Shown here piece by piece: positions 35,437 through 36,062 of a stretch of 36,062 nt of DNA; position 1 is the stretch's first letter, and every line of letters begins with the position of its first letter. The notes beneath the pieces are model-generated. The model searched no databases. It was not told the origin of the DNA and saw only the letters and a program-made list of their open reading frames with translations. The stretch lies in IMG/VR virus record IMGVR_UViG_3300017909_000575, positions 1 through 36,062 of that record; one strand, written 5' to 3'. This stretch comes from a virus. Lineage: Duplodnaviria > Caudoviricetes. The position numbers and the translations under genes were made by a program.

Positions 35437-36062
35437 GCAGGACTCCAAATAATTGGTTGGTCAAACTCAAAGTTGTAATCACTAGCCCGGAGAATACGAG
35501 CAAGCTGTGCTTGGACGAGAGCGTCAGCTTCGGTCTGCCCAGCCTTCTCAAAGGCTTTGACTACAGTTTCCCATGTAGGTGTCTTGAGTAGCTCTGTTGC
35601 TCTCTTGTCACCCACACCACGCAAGCCGGGGTAGCCATCGGTAGCATCACCCACAAGGGTCTGATACAGGTGGTTATAGTCGGCCTCTTCCTGACTGATG
35701 TTAAGCATCTCACCTGAACGCCAGAGCAAGCCGGGAATGGTCTTGAGGTCTTTGTCTTCAGAGACAATAACCTTCTCACCTTCCAGCATTGTTGACGTAG
35801 CCATGATGCCCATCACATCGTCAGCTTCTAGCCTGTCCCAAGTCTCAGTCTTGTACTCGTCTGTAATCCATTGCTTGAGTGCTTTGTAACAGACAGGCTT
35901 GCGTTTACCTTTGCGGTTTGATTTGTAGTTGGAGTCGATGTCCTTACGGAAGTTATCCTTGTCGCTGAAGCAAAAGATAAAATCATCTGCCGCAGTTTCA
36001 TCAACGAGAATGTCGATGTATTGTAGGATTAACTGTTGAGCTTCCTTGGCATCAGCCCACAA
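35433..36062 (-). CDS. 5'-3' exonuclease (T7 gp6-like), 5'-truncated
   Basis: NFRK...YKSNR, LEADDVMG, SEDKDL, GDATDGYPG..GVG, ARILR. Confidence 0.95.
   Translation of the reverse strand: MWADAKEAQQLILQYIDILVDETAADDFIFCFSDKDNFRKDIDSNYKSNRKGKRKPVCYKALKQWITDEYKTETWDRLEADDVMGIMATSTMLEGEKVIVSEDKDLKTIPGLLWRSGEMLNISQEEADYNHLYQTLVGDATDGYPGLRGVGDKRATELLKTPTWETVVKAFEKAGQTEADALVQAQLARILRASDYNFEFDQPIIWSPA

Noticed and set aside
60-35889. Numerous plus-strand and alternative-frame ORFs in the track (e.g. 2029-2436, 5867-6406, 14337-14954)
   Set aside because: They are antisense or out-of-frame shadows of well-supported minus-strand genes, with no recognisable motifs.

Overview
Most of the genome of a temperate T7-like podophage (Autographiviridae type). 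The host is probably a marine alphaproteobacterium, inferred from the HTVC019P-like layout (MarR-type regulator, tyrosine integrase, RNAP) and a class II RNR. All credible genes are on the minus strand. The window is circularly permuted. The physical ends probably lie near 11.05-11.35 kb. Early, lysogeny and replication genes run from about 11.0 kb down to position 1 (DNA polymerase truncated). The exonuclease (truncated), RNR, morphogenesis, tail fibre, lysis and terminase genes run from 36 kb down to 11.35 kb. The most unusual signals are non-coding. (i) An rRNA-operon-like leader (hairpin + boxA-like sequence + 27-bp long-range stem) encloses three tiny early ORFs. (ii) A dispersed GCCnnAGTGGAT operator network overlaps host promoters and abuts the phage promoter. 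(iii) A ~190-nt structured leader RNA and a second operator pair lie upstream of the DenV-like gene. (iv) A phage promoter, TAATACCCACCATATwAGA, is seen three times. Protein-level oddities are a tail-fibre-adapter-like insertion in the nozzle protein, a cluster of unannotated basic micro-ORFs between terS and terL, and a GP88 radical-SAM-like early gene. All calls were made by eye, without database searches.
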